Source: Clostridiaceae bacterium (GTDB taxonomy: Bacteria; Bacillota; Clostridia; Acetivibrionales; DULL01). From it: a DNA stretch of 64,000 nucleotides. Position numbers and translations under genes: made by a program. Location of the stretch: contig DULL01000018.1 in NCBI GenBank assembly GCA_012840395.1, positions 5,072 through 69,071 of the forward strand. Direction: 5' to 3'. The notes under the pieces are model-generated. The model worked only from the letters and a program-made list of their open reading frames with translations, did no database searches and was not told where the DNA came from. Of the stretch, positions 1 to 9,843 are shown in pieces (the first letter of the stretch is position 1; each line of letters begins with the position of its first letter).

Positions 1-1
1 G

Positions 2-748
2 GTTTTAGCCCTTGCTGTGGCGGATGTTCTTGATGGCCATATTGACGAAGTCTTGCCTTTTGCCTGTGCAATTGAATTAATACATACATATTCATTAATA
101 CATGACGATTTACCTTCAATGGACAATGATGATCTAAGAAGAGGGTTACCGACAAATCATAAGGTTTTTGGAGAAGCTATGGCAATTCTGGCCGGAGATG
201 GTTTACTAAACTATGCATTTGAGATAATGACAGAGGCTTGTCTTATTAACAGTAAAGTTGAATTAATAAATAAAGTAAAGGCTATGGAAGTTATTGCGAA
301 ATCTTCAGGAGTTAATGGGATGATAGGCGGACAGGTTATTGATGTCCAATCGGAAGGCAATATTATTTCCCATGATATATTAGAACGCATGTATAAAATG
401 AAAACCGGAGCACTTTTAAAAGCTTCGGTGATTTCTGCAGCCCTTTTAAGCAATGCAACATCAGAAGAACTTACAAGTTTAGAAACTTTTTCTGAGAATC
501 TGGGTTTAGCATTTCAAATAAAAGATGATATATTGGATGTAGAAGGGGCTGCAGAGGTACTCGGAAAGAATCTCGGAAGTGATATTGCGAACAATAAGGC
601 AACCTATGTAACTCTCTATGGGGTGAACAGAGCAAAAGAAATGCTGGAAGAAACAACAAACAAAGCAATAGAATCCCTGAGCCGTTTTGGTTCAAAAGGT
701 GCATTTTTGATTGATCTTGCCAATTATTTACTTAAAAGGGATCATTAA
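2..748 (+). CDS. ispA: Farnesyl diphosphate synthase (polyprenyl synthetase family); 5' end lies outside the window
   Basis: The frame is open from the window edge. Both aspartate-rich motifs are present (LIHDDLPSMDNDDLRRG and FQIKDDILD). It sits upstream of dxs, as in Firmicute xseAB-ispA-dxs clusters. Confidence 0.9.
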   Translation, partial: VLALAVADVLDGHIDEVLPFACAIELIHTYSLIHDDLPSMDNDDLRRGLPTNHKVFGEAMAILAGDGLLNYAFEIMTEACLINSKVELINKVKAMEVIAKSSGVNGMIGGQVIDVQSEGNIISHDILERMYKMKTGALLKASVISAALLSNATSEELTSLETFSENLGLAFQIKDDILDVEGAAEVLGKNLGSDIANNKATYVTLYGVNRAKEMLEETTNKAIESLSRFGSKGAFLIDLANYLLKRDH

Positions 749-878
749 TATTCATTTGGTATTTATATCTGGCGGCTCTATCTGTATTAAGAATTATGTT
801 TTATAAGATAAACACATGATAAAGTTTAATAAATCCGATTTGTGATAAAAAAGAATCATAATTAGAAGTTATTGATTC

Positions 879-907
879 TTTAACGCTTATGACGAATGTG
901 ATATAAT
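879..907 (+). promoter_or_regulatory. Candidate sigma-A promoter with an extended -10, upstream of the OLE block
   Basis: TGaTATAAT at 899-907 and a weak -35 TTTAAC at 879-884, with a 17-nt spacer. This is motif reading only. Confidence 0.3.
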
Positions 908-964
908 TACTTACCATGACATTACATTTAAAATAACGTAGTTTATTATATTGCCCATTTGATA

Positions 965-1551
965 GGGGTGGCGCAGTATTCTAGTCAGTACTGCCGGTTC
1001 TGAAGACGGGCCTAAAAATCCGTTAAAGGGCATATCGATGAAGTTCCTGGTGTCGGCTTGTTACGCCCAGTAGTGGGCTGATGCTGGGAGTTAAGGTTTA
1101 GGGGCGATCCGCAATGGCATGTGGGCGTTGACCCCTCTACCGTGGAGACCCTGTATTGTGGGAAGGTGAAAATTAACCCAACTACGAACAGGGATTAAAC
1201 CTGTCTTGCGGTATAGTGATGCTGTGGACAGTGTAGCCTGCCTTGAGTGGGTTTGGTGGATAATGGATCAAATGATGATACATTGGCCGATGTAGAATCA
1301 TTATTGCTATTTGAAACCTTACTTGCAAAAGAGGCTAGGAATCGGACAGACTGTTGAGGAAAACTCCTAGACTGTCAATAATGTGTAATCTGGGGATTGA
1401 AGTGTGGACTAAGTGGTAATCAGGCCCCGTTTGTGGTAACGCAACGGTTGATGAATTAAAGGGAAACCGCTGATTTGGCGACAATTCAGTTTCATTCAAG
1501 GGAAAGCCTGCCTGACCTAAGCCACAAAATTTACTCAGTTTACAGCCACCC
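965..1551 (+). ncRNA. ole: OLE (ornate, large, extremophilic) RNA
   Basis: A block of about 590 nt has no + strand ORF and is visibly GC-richer than its AT-rich flanks. The ends are complementary (GGGTGGC 966-972 / GCCACCC 1545-1551). Local hairpins occur at 1065-1078 (GCCCA/TGGGC) and 1188-1204 (ACAGG/CCTGT). Its position between ispA and a 4-TM gene followed by dxs-tlyA-nadK-argR-recN is the described OLE synteny. Confidence 0.8.
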
Positions 1552-1626
1552 ATTATTAAATTAAAACTAATTACAAAAGTTATTGAATGTTAAATAAATT
1601 AAAATTTACTTGTTATAGTTGTTCTA

Positions 1627-2280
1627 GTGGAGGTTTTAGGAGTGGATGATGGCTTTAAATATCCATCAGACGAAAAAAAAGCAAAGTTCAGGATTAATTT
1701 TTCAGATGGCACAAAAGAAAATTCAAGATGGATAATAAATGTTTCAATAGTGTCTTTTTTATTGTCAGCAACTTTATTAATTTTATCGAATAAGATTCTT
1801 GAAGACAAAAGTATAATCACAGGTATATCAGTACTTATTTTTATAATTTTTATCGGAGTTTTGTTTGATATTATTGGCATTTCAGTGACGGCAGCCGAAG
1901 AGACTCCTTTTCATGCAATGGCTTCCAGAAAATATTATGGAGCCAAAAAGGCAATAAAATTAATTAGAAATGCAAATAAAGTATCGAGTATATGTAATGA
2001 TATTGTCGGTGATATATGCGGCATATTAAGTGGCGCTGCCAGTGCACTGGTAGTGATGAGGATTTCAGAAGGAATGAATGCACTGCAGTCTGCCATTGTG
2101 GGATTTCTGATAAGCGGGATGGTTGCCGCTTCCACCATAGGAGGAAAAGCTTTAGGGAAGACATTTGCCATAAATAATAGCAATTATATTGTATATAAAG
2201 TCAGTGTACTTCTTCAGTTTGTAAACAGCAGATTTAGTCTGGGAAATAATAAAAAGAAAAGGAAAAATAAATGCATCTAG
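1627..2280 (+). CDS. oapA: OLE-associated membrane protein OapA (four predicted TM helices)
   Basis: The gene lies immediately downstream of the OLE block. Four hydrophobic segments are visible (e.g. IINVSIVSFLLSATLLIL, ISVLIFIIFIGVLFDIIGISV). There is no in-frame ATG near the 5' end, so the start is GTG at 1627 or GTG at 1642, which follows GGAGG at 1629-1633. Confidence 0.7.
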   Translation: MEVLGVDDGFKYPSDEKKAKFRINFSDGTKENSRWIINVSIVSFLLSATLLILSNKILEDKSIITGISVLIFIIFIGVLFDIIGISVTAAEETPFHAMASRKYYGAKKAIKLIRNANKVSSICNDIVGDICGILSGAASALVVMRISEGMNALQSAIVGFLISGMVAASTIGGKALGKTFAINNSNYIVYKVSVLLQFVNSRFSLGNNKKKRKNKCI

Positions 2281-2297
2281 AGAGGAATTAATATTTG

Positions 2298-4196
2298 ATG
2301 TATGAATTATTGAAAGAAATAAATAGTCCAGAGGATATTAAAAGACTTAGCATAGATCAATTAAAACAATTGTCCGTAGAAATCAGGGAGTTTTTAATAG
2401 AAAAAGTATCGGTAACAGGAGGGCATCTGGCCTCAAACCTTGGAGTTGTAGAGCTAACCCTTGCAATTCATAAAATATTTGACTCACCCAGGGATAAAAT
2501 TATCTGGGATGTGGGCCATCAGGCATATGTACATAAAATTATTACAGGCAGAAAGGACAAATTTGATGATTTAAGACAATATAACGGAATATCCGGGTTT
2601 CCAAAAGTAAAAGAAAGCATACACGATTGTTTTAATACAGGACACAGCAGTACATCCATATCTGCAGCTTTAGGCATGGCCAGGGCAAGAGATATCAAAG
2701 GAGAAGACTATTCTGTACTGGCAGTAATTGGAGACGGAGCAATGACAGGAGGCATGTCCTTTGAAGCCCTTAATGACGCTGGAAGGTCAACGAATAATCT
2801 TATAGTTATTCTAAACGATAATGAAATGTCTATCAGTAAAAATGTTGGAGGACTATCCAGACATTTAAGCAAAATAAGGACCCAGCCGGTTTATTATAAA
2901 TTCAGAGAAGATTTTAATGAGGTGCTTAATAAAATACCGGTTCTCGGCAAGTTTGCTGTTAAAGCTCTGGAAAGAGCAAAGGGCACAATAAAATATTTGG
3001 TTACACCCGGCATTATATTTGAAGAGTTGGGCTTTAAATATTTAGGTCCTATAGACGGGCACGACATATCGGAACTGACCCTGGTTTTATCCAGGGCAAA
3101 GGCCATGAAAGGACCCATTTTAATACATGTGGCTACTCAGAAAGGCAAAGGTTATAGCTTCGCAGAGGAGAACCCTCATAGATTTCATGGTATATCTCCT
3201 TTTGAAATTGAGACCGGTGAAGCAAAAACTGAAGATAAGGTTACATATTCAAATGTATTTGGCAAAAAAATGATAAATATTGCAGAATCAGATCCTGAGG
3301 TTGTGGCAATTACAGCCGCAATGCCCCATGGAACAGGATTATATGAATTTTCCAAGAAATTCGGAAACAGGTTTTTTGATGTGGGCATTGCCGAACAGCA
3401 TGCTGTGGCGCTTGCAGCAGGCTTTTCATCAGTTGGGCTAAAGCCAGTGATTGCAGTTTATTCTTCTTTTCTTCAGAGATCTTATGACCAAATACTTCAT
3501 GATGTTTCATTGCAAAACCTTCATGTGGTTTTGGCAATTGACAGGGCAGGGATTGTAGGAGAAGATGGAGAGACCCATCAAGGGCTCTATGATATTTCTT
3601 ATCTCAGCCATATTCCAAATATGACAATTATGGCACCTGCTGACTATAATGAATTTGAAGAAATGCTGGATTATGCCATATTAAAACATAAAGGGCCAAT
3701 AGCTGTCAGATATCCGAAAGGTTGCGGAGAAAGAAAGCTTTTTGACAAAAAAGCTATAATATTTGGGAAAGGACTAAAAATAAGAGATGGAAAAGATGTT
3801 ACAATAATATCAGCCGGAAATATGCTTAAAAGTTCAATGGAGGCAGCTGAACTCCTTGAGCAGAAGGGGATATCTACTGAAGTTATAAATGCCAGGTTCC
3901 TGAAACCCGTTGATGAAGAACTAATTATAGAATCAGCATTGAAAACCGGGTATGTAGTTACTGTAGAAGATGGAACAGAAAAGGGAGGATTTGGGACAAC
4001 TGTACTACAAATGCTGAATCACAATAATATTAAAGTTAAGATGAAGATTTTTGGTTTTCCCGATATGCCAATTGAGCAGGGTAAAATACCTGAGCTTATG
4101 GCCAAGTACAAACTTGATCCCATATCAATATCGGAAAGAATAATAGAATGGTATAGACATCATAAGGATTGCAGCCATAATAATAAGGAGGCTTAG
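2298..4196 (+). CDS. dxs: 1-deoxy-D-xylulose-5-phosphate synthase
   Basis: It is a full-length DXS-like protein with the TPP-binding motif IGDGAMTGGMSFEALNDAG. ATG at 2298 follows GAGGAA; TTG at 2295 is an alternative start. Confidence 0.95.
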   Translation: MYELLKEINSPEDIKRLSIDQLKQLSVEIREFLIEKVSVTGGHLASNLGVVELTLAIHKIFDSPRDKIIWDVGHQAYVHKIITGRKDKFDDLRQYNGISGFPKVKESIHDCFNTGHSSTSISAALGMARARDIKGEDYSVLAVIGDGAMTGGMSFEALNDAGRSTNNLIVILNDNEMSISKNVGGLSRHLSKIRTQPVYYKFREDFNEVLNKIPVLGKFAVKALERAKGTIKYLVTPGIIFEELGFKYLGPIDGHDISELTLVLSRAKAMKGPILIHVATQKGKGYSFAEENPHRFHGISPFEIETGEAKTEDKVTYSNVFGKKMINIAESDPEVVAITAAMPHGTGLYEFSKKFGNRFFDVGIAEQHAVALAAGFSSVGLKPVIAVYSSFLQRSYDQILHDVSLQNLHVVLAIDRAGIVGEDGETHQGLYDISYLSHIPNMTIMAPADYNEFEEMLDYAILKHKGPIAVRYPKGCGERKLFDKKAIIFGKGLKIRDGKDVTIISAGNMLKSSMEAAELLEQKGISTEVINARFLKPVDEELIIESALKTGYVVTVEDGTEKGGFGTTVLQMLNHNNIKVKMKIFGFPDMPIEQGKIPELMAKYKLDPISISERIIEWYRHHKDCSHNNKEA

Positions 4197-4198
4197 AT

Positions 4199-5008
4199 TT
4201 GTCAAAAGAAAGGCTTGATGTACTTCTAGTAAAAAAAGGTTTTTTTAATAGCCGTGAAAAAGCCAGAAGTTCAATTATGGCGGGAGTAGTTTATGTTAAT
4301 AATGTAAAAGCAGATAAGCCTGGTATGAAATATAATGATACTGATGATATTGTTATAAAAGAAAATATTAATCCTTTCGTAAGCAGGGGCGGCCTAAAAC
4401 TTCAAAAAGCATTATCATATTTCGGTATAAACCTCGAAGGTAAAATAGCTTTGGATATTGGTGCTTCTACAGGAGGCTTTACAGATTGCATGCTGAAAAA
4501 CGGCGCGGCAAAAGTTTATGCAATAGATGTAGGATACGGACAGTTAGCCTGGGAGTTAAGAAATGATGATAGAGTAGTATGTATGGAGAGAACCAATATA
4601 AGATATGTTAAACCGGAAGATATTGGAGAAGCTGCTTCTTTTGCGTCAATCGATGTATCTTTTATTTCTCTGAAAAAAGTACTTCCTGTTGTAAGTAAAC
4701 TTCTATCAGAGGATGGGGAAATCATATGCTTGGTTAAGCCTCAATTTGAAGCAGGCAGGGAAAAGGTCGGAAAGCATGGTGTGGTAAAAGATAAAGAAAC
4801 CCATGTACAAGTGCTGAAAGAGATTCTGTTGTTTTCTCGAAGCACAGGATTTGGGGTAAAAGGACTTACATATTCACCAATAAGAGGTCCAGAGGGAAAT
4901 ATTGAATTTTTATTATATCTAACGAAAAATAATATTTATACAGAAGACCATGAACTTGACATGCTAATAAAAGCTGTTGTAGAGGAATCACATAATTTAT
5001 CTGAATAA
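4199..5008 (+). CDS. tlyA: TlyA-family rRNA 2'-O-methyltransferase (S4 plus FtsJ-like domains)
   Basis: The N-terminus is S4-like (RLDVLLVKKGFFNSREKA). A SAM-binding motif DIGASTGGFTD is present. The start codon is TTG. Confidence 0.9.
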   Translation: MSKERLDVLLVKKGFFNSREKARSSIMAGVVYVNNVKADKPGMKYNDTDDIVIKENINPFVSRGGLKLQKALSYFGINLEGKIALDIGASTGGFTDCMLKNGAAKVYAIDVGYGQLAWELRNDDRVVCMERTNIRYVKPEDIGEAASFASIDVSFISLKKVLPVVSKLLSEDGEIICLVKPQFEAGREKVGKHGVVKDKETHVQVLKEILLFSRSTGFGVKGLTYSPIRGPEGNIEFLLYLTKNNIYTEDHELDMLIKAVVEESHNLSE

Positions 5009-5118
5009 AAAACACTCAATAATTTAATTTTTTCTGTGTATATGGATGTTCTTGCGTAATTTATGGTAAAATGTAACTATCTAATTATTCATAATTATTC
5101 ATAGAATCGGAGATTTTA

Positions 5119-6000
5119 ATGAAAACTATAAGTATTATAGTAAATATCGATAGAGATACAGATTTAAGGCATACCAAGACCTTGATAGATTGTGTGCAAA
5201 AAAGAGGCGGAAAAGTTAAAATCTGTAATGATATATCGGTAATACTGGGTAGAACTAATTTAGGATGTGACTATCAAGAAATTTTTGATGATACTGATGC
5301 AATAATATGCCTTGGAGGAGATGGTACATTTTTAAAAGCCGCAAGGACGGCAAATAAGAATGAGATTCCTGTTCTGGGAATTAATTTGGGGAATTTAGGC
5401 TTTCTCACCGAGGTTGATAAGAAAAAAATAGATGAGGCAGTTGAGTGCCTTTTTTCCGGACAATACTCCATAGAGAAGAGGATGATGCTTGAAGCTGCTA
5501 TTATCAGAGACGGGAAAATAATAGGACGAGATATTGCACTAAATGACATTGTTATTTCAAAAGGTGCGCTATCAAGAATAATTCATATAAAAACATATAT
5601 TAATGATTCATTTGTTGACATTTTTCCTGGAGACGGGCTAATAGTTTCAAGTCCCACAGGCTCTACTGCCTACTCCCTTTCGGCGGGAGGCCCGATTGTA
5701 GAGCCAGACTTAAATGTAATTATCGTTACACCTATTTGCCCGCACATACTTTACAGCAGATCATTTATTACTGATGGAGACAGAACCGTCAAAGCTATTG
5801 TTGATGAGAAGTACAAGTATAGCGCCATGGTTACTGCTGATGGACAGGAAGGTCATGAGATAAAGGGAGGAGATGTGATAGAGGTGAAAAAATCCCAACA
5901 TCATGTCAACCTCATAAGGATGAATCCAAAAAATTTCTTCAGTATACTTCGTAAGAAAATATATTACCGAGGAGAGGATTTAAGGAAAAATGAAGTATAG
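5119..6000 (+). CDS. nadK: NAD kinase
   Basis: The GGDGTFL motif and the length are typical of NAD kinase (PpnK/NadF). Confidence 0.9.
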   Translation: MKTISIIVNIDRDTDLRHTKTLIDCVQKRGGKVKICNDISVILGRTNLGCDYQEIFDDTDAIICLGGDGTFLKAARTANKNEIPVLGINLGNLGFLTEVDKKKIDEAVECLFSGQYSIEKRMMLEAAIIRDGKIIGRDIALNDIVISKGALSRIIHIKTYINDSFVDIFPGDGLIVSSPTGSTAYSLSAGGPIVEPDLNVIIVTPICPHILYSRSFITDGDRTVKAIVDEKYKYSAMVTADGQEGHEIKGGDVIEVKKSQHHVNLIRMNPKNFFSILRKKIYYRGEDLRKNEV

Positions 6001-6439
6001 CAGGCATGCAAAAATTCTTGAGTTAATTGAAAACTATGATATTGAAACACAGGAAGAACTTGTTGAAAAACTCAAGGAACATGGGATGGAAGTAACCCAG
6101 GCAACCATATCCAGGGATATAAAAGAGTTAAGGCTGGTTAAGGTAATGAATAGCGAGGGTAAATATAAGTATTCTACCATGGTTGGCTCGGTGAATGTTG
6201 CTTCAAACAAACTATTAAAAGTTTTTAGTGAATCCTATGTAAATAGTGATTATGCCAATAACATAGTTGTTGTAAAAACTCTGCCCGGAATGGCACAGGC
6301 GGCTGCATCAGCTCTGGATTCCCTGAAACTTGATGAGATACTTGGTACAATTGCCGGAGATGATACATTAATGATAGTATGTAGGGCTGAAAAAATTGCA
6401 GAAGAGCTTTCGGAGAGGTTGAAGACCATCGGCAGATAG
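5990..6439 (+). CDS. argR: Arginine repressor
   Basis: The 149-aa protein has an N-terminal winged helix (QEELVEKLKEHGMEVTQATISRDIKEL) and a C-terminal oligomerisation domain (GTIAGDDT). It overlaps the end of nadK. Confidence 0.9.
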   Translation: MKYSRHAKILELIENYDIETQEELVEKLKEHGMEVTQATISRDIKELRLVKVMNSEGKYKYSTMVGSVNVASNKLLKVFSESYVNSDYANNIVVVKTLPGMAQAAASALDSLKLDEILGTIAGDDTLMIVCRAEKIAEELSERLKTIGR

Positions 6440-6459
6440 ATAAAACTGGGGGGTGAAGT

Positions 6460-8175
6460 ATGCTCCAGCTATTAGAAATACATAATATTGCTTTAATTGA
6501 CAAGGTCAAAATTGAGTTTGGAGAAGGTCTTAATGTTTTGACAGGAGAAACTGGCGCCGGAAAATCAATTATAATTGACTCTATAAACGCTGTACTTGGT
6601 GAAAGAGTTTCCAAGGATCTAATAAAGACAGATAAAGATAAAGCCATGGTAGAGGCTGTTTTTAATGTGCCAAAGCAAAGGATTGAAGACATATTCATTA
6701 ACTTCGGGATTCCTACTGAAGAAGACGGGACAATAATAATTTCAAGAGAATTTACTTTGACAGGCCGTAATATATGCAGGGTGAACGGTATTCTTGTGAC
6801 AGTGTCCACCTTAAAAGAGATCGGTTCAAGACTGATCGACATGCATGGACAGCATGATAACCAATCGCTTCTAAGAACTGAAAGTCATATTGATTTGCTG
6901 GATTTATTCGGCGGAGCGCGCATTGGAGATTTAAAGAGCAAGTATTTAGAACTTTTAGAAAAGTATAAAGAGATTAAAAACTCCTTAAAAGCTTTAACAG
7001 GTGAAGAAGGCGAACGAGAAAGAAAAATAGATCTTCTAAAATTCCAGATTGATGAAATAGCAAAGGCTAATCTGATTCCAGGAGAAGAGGAAAAACTAAA
7101 TAAACATAGAATATTGCTTTCAAATTCAGAGAAAATTTTAAACGCTTTAAATTCATCCTATGAATTACTTTATTCAGGAGAAGACAATAAAGTACCTGCT
7201 TCTGAAACAATTGGACAGGCTATATCCGAGCTTAAGTCAATCAGCCGTTTTGACAGCGGTTATCAGGATATTGCAGACAGGTTGGAAAATATTTCGTATC
7301 TTTTGTACGACTTAATAGATGAAATCAGAAAAGAAAGGGATAATATTGAATATGATCCGTCATTGCTGGAGGAAATTGAGCAGAGACTGGATACGATATA
7401 TAAGTTGAAAAGAAAGTATGGAAGGACTGTTGAGGAAATTCTTCAGTTCTATAATAAAGCAAAAGAAGAGCTGGAAAAGTTAAGCAGTAGCCAGGAAACA
7501 ATAGCTTACTTGCATGACAAATTAAAGGAAACAGGAAATCAGCTATATAAGATTGCTTCGGATTTAAACTCAGAAAGGTTAAAGGCTGCTTTGCTGTTGG
7601 AAAGTAAAATATGCAGTGAGCTGGAAGATCTGGAAATGAAAAGCACCAGATTTAAGACTTCTATCAAGTTTGAAGATTCTTTAGGTGAAGATGGCCATTG
7701 GAACTTTACTCAAAAAGGCATGGATCGGGTTGAATTTTTGATTTCCACAAATCCCGGGGAACCATTAAAGCCTCTTTCTAAAATTGCTTCCGGGGGAGAA
7801 ATGTCAAGGATAATGTTAGCAATAAAAACCATACTTGCTGATGTTGACCAGATTCCTACTCTGATTTTTGATGAAATAGATATAGGGATAAGTGGGATTG
7901 CTTCTCAAAAAGTAGGAGAAAAATTATCCCTTATTTCCCAAAATCATCAGGTAATATGTGTTACCCATCTTCCTCAAATTGCTTCTATGGCAGATTGCCA
8001 TTTTTTAATAGAAAAAATAAGTGAAAATGAAAAAACATTAACCAAAGTAAAGAAACTTGAAGGGAAGGAAATAGTAGAGGAATTATCAAGAATTATGAGT
8101 GGAACACATATTTCCGAGATAACTAGAAAACATGCAGAAGAATTGCTTTTCCTGGCAAAAAACAAGAAAAGATAA
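6460..8175 (+). CDS. recN: DNA repair protein RecN
   Basis: The protein has Walker A GETGAGKS, a long coiled-coil middle section and a C-terminal SMC-like signature (ASGGEMSR, LIFDEID). Confidence 0.95.
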   Translation: MLQLLEIHNIALIDKVKIEFGEGLNVLTGETGAGKSIIIDSINAVLGERVSKDLIKTDKDKAMVEAVFNVPKQRIEDIFINFGIPTEEDGTIIISREFTLTGRNICRVNGILVTVSTLKEIGSRLIDMHGQHDNQSLLRTESHIDLLDLFGGARIGDLKSKYLELLEKYKEIKNSLKALTGEEGERERKIDLLKFQIDEIAKANLIPGEEEKLNKHRILLSNSEKILNALNSSYELLYSGEDNKVPASETIGQAISELKSISRFDSGYQDIADRLENISYLLYDLIDEIRKERDNIEYDPSLLEEIEQRLDTIYKLKRKYGRTVEEILQFYNKAKEELEKLSSSQETIAYLHDKLKETGNQLYKIASDLNSERLKAALLLESKICSELEDLEMKSTRFKTSIKFEDSLGEDGHWNFTQKGMDRVEFLISTNPGEPLKPLSKIASGGEMSRIMLAIKTILADVDQIPTLIFDEIDIGISGIASQKVGEKLSLISQNHQVICVTHLPQIASMADCHFLIEKISENEKTLTKVKKLEGKEIVEELSRIMSGTHISEITRKHAEELLFLAKNKKR

Positions 8176-8217
8176 CAAAGTAGTATAATTTTGCTTGAAT
8201 AATATGTTCTCCAAAAG

Positions 8218-8261
8218 GTCACTCTTATTAATGCCTTTATTAATGAGAGTGACTTTATTTT
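8218..8261 (+). terminator. Rho-independent terminator after recN
   Basis: A 15-bp stem (GTCACTCTTATTAAT / ATTAATGAGAGTGAC) is followed by TTTATTTT. Confidence 0.85.
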
Positions 8262-8282
8262 ATGATTTGCGGAGGACATTAT

Positions 8283-9578
8283 ATGAAATTTCATTTAACA
8301 TATAGAAAAAAAATACTTATTTTTTTTATAATATTAATATCAGCTGTATTATTTAATTATCTTTATTTTATATTTACAACTCCTGGAGAACTGACTCTTA
8401 TTGAGGGTGAAATAAATGCGTATAGTATACAGACACCATTTTTGGTTAATGTAAAAGCGGATAAGGAAGGTATCATTAACTTTGGTAATAAAGCAGAGGG
8501 GAACAGAAATTCTGTCAATCTGAGCGCAGAAAAAAACGGAAGCGTAATTCTTAAGATGGATTTACTTGGGTTAATTCCCCTGAAAACAGTGAAAGTTGAT
8601 GTACTTTCAAATGACAAAATAATTGCCTGCGGTAATACAATCGGAGTAAAGATTAAGTTAGACGGAGTATTGGTAATTGCTATATCAGATGTAGATACTG
8701 TTGACGGCACCAGTGTTATGCCTGCGAAAGATAGTGGTATAAAACCCGGCGATGTTATAGTGGAGGTTAATGGCACCAGTATCAACAGCATAAGTGACCT
8801 TATAGACGAAATAGATAATAGTCAGGGAAGCGAGTTAAGCATAAAGTATAGACGTGGTGAACATGAATACTTAACTAAAGTTAAGCCTGCCAGGTCAATA
8901 GATGACAAGAGATATAAACTGGGTATGTGGGTAAGAGAGAGTACGGCAGGTATAGGTACCTTAACTTTTTATGACCCAAGCACAAATTGGTTTGGTGCCC
9001 TCGGACACGGGATAACAGATATCGATACAGGTATCCTGTTGCCAATAGCTTCAGGTGAAATTCTTGTATCCAACATATTGGGCGTAAAGATAGGTAAAGT
9101 TGGAAATCCGGGAGAGTTGAAAGGTGTTTTTATTGAAGGGAAAAATCTCGGGACAATAGAAGTAAACACTGAATACGGCATTTACGGAAAACTCAATGTA
9201 GAAGAATTGCCTGCAATTAATAACAGGTTATACCCGGTAGGAATAAGAGCTAATGTAAAAGAAGGACCTGCTACAATTCTTGCAAATATAAGCGGGGATA
9301 TTGTAGAAGAATATGATATTGAGATACTAAAAGTTTCAAGAGGAAGTCTTAACGGATCAAAGGGTATGGTTATCAGGGTAACCGATGAAAGACTTTTGGA
9401 GGAAACCGGAGGTATTGTGCAGGGTATGTCAGGAAGTCCTATTATTCAGAATAATAAAATAATTGGTGCTGTTACTCATGTACTGGTTAATGATCCTACA
9501 AGAGGTTATGGTATTTTTATAGAGGGAATGTTGAGGAATATAAGGAGAAATGATATAAATTTAGGGGAAACTGGATAA
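8283..9578 (+). CDS. spoIVB: SpoIVB sporulation signalling serine peptidase (S55)
   Basis: It has an N-terminal TM segment, a PDZ-like region and the S55 catalytic region (GMSGSPIIQNNKIIGAVTHV). ATG at 8283 is preceded by GGAGG at 8271-8275; the ORF track starts slightly upstream at 8262. Confidence 0.9.
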   Translation: MKFHLTYRKKILIFFIILISAVLFNYLYFIFTTPGELTLIEGEINAYSIQTPFLVNVKADKEGIINFGNKAEGNRNSVNLSAEKNGSVILKMDLLGLIPLKTVKVDVLSNDKIIACGNTIGVKIKLDGVLVIAISDVDTVDGTSVMPAKDSGIKPGDVIVEVNGTSINSISDLIDEIDNSQGSELSIKYRRGEHEYLTKVKPARSIDDKRYKLGMWVRESTAGIGTLTFYDPSTNWFGALGHGITDIDTGILLPIASGEILVSNILGVKIGKVGNPGELKGVFIEGKNLGTIEVNTEYGIYGKLNVEELPAINNRLYPVGIRANVKEGPATILANISGDIVEEYDIEILKVSRGSLNGSKGMVIRVTDERLLEETGGIVQGMSGSPIIQNNKIIGAVTHVLVNDPTRGYGIFIEGMLRNIRRNDINLGETG

Positions 9579-9698
9579 AATTTATTTCCCATTTTTTTAT
9601 AAAAATGGAATAATGGATGAGTGCTTGTGAAATGCCCATAAATAGCGCATCTTAAGCACTTTGACAGTATTAATGATAACATTTATTTCAAGAAAATA

Positions 9699-9726
9699 GA
9701 AAGATATTATTGTATTTATGTCGAAT
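9699..9726 (+). promoter_or_regulatory. Candidate sigma-H-type promoter overlapped by a Spo0A box, upstream of spo0A
   Basis: GAAAGATAT (9699-9707), a 12-nt spacer and GTCGAAT (9720-9726) approximate the sigma-H consensus RNAGGAWWW-N12-RNNGAAT. TGTCGAA at 9719-9725 is a perfect 0A box. Confidence 0.4.
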
Positions 9727-9843
9727 AAATAATAATATTATATTGGTATTGTAAATATTAGACATTGCTATCAGTTTCTGTGGTACTGCATTTCAATGTA
9801 TATTCAAATTATTATTTTATATGTGACAGGGGGAGAAATCTAG

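Noticed and set aside
1335-1553. A 72-aa - strand ORF inside the 965-1551 block.
   Set aside because: It lies within the GC-rich structured RNA region, has no RBS, and OLE synteny explains the region better.
6225-6842. A 205-aa ORF on the - strand spanning the argR/recN junction.
   Set aside because: It is antisense to two well-supported genes and has a low-complexity, S/I/L/P-rich translation with no recognisable motifs. This is a typical shadow ORF in AT-rich DNA.
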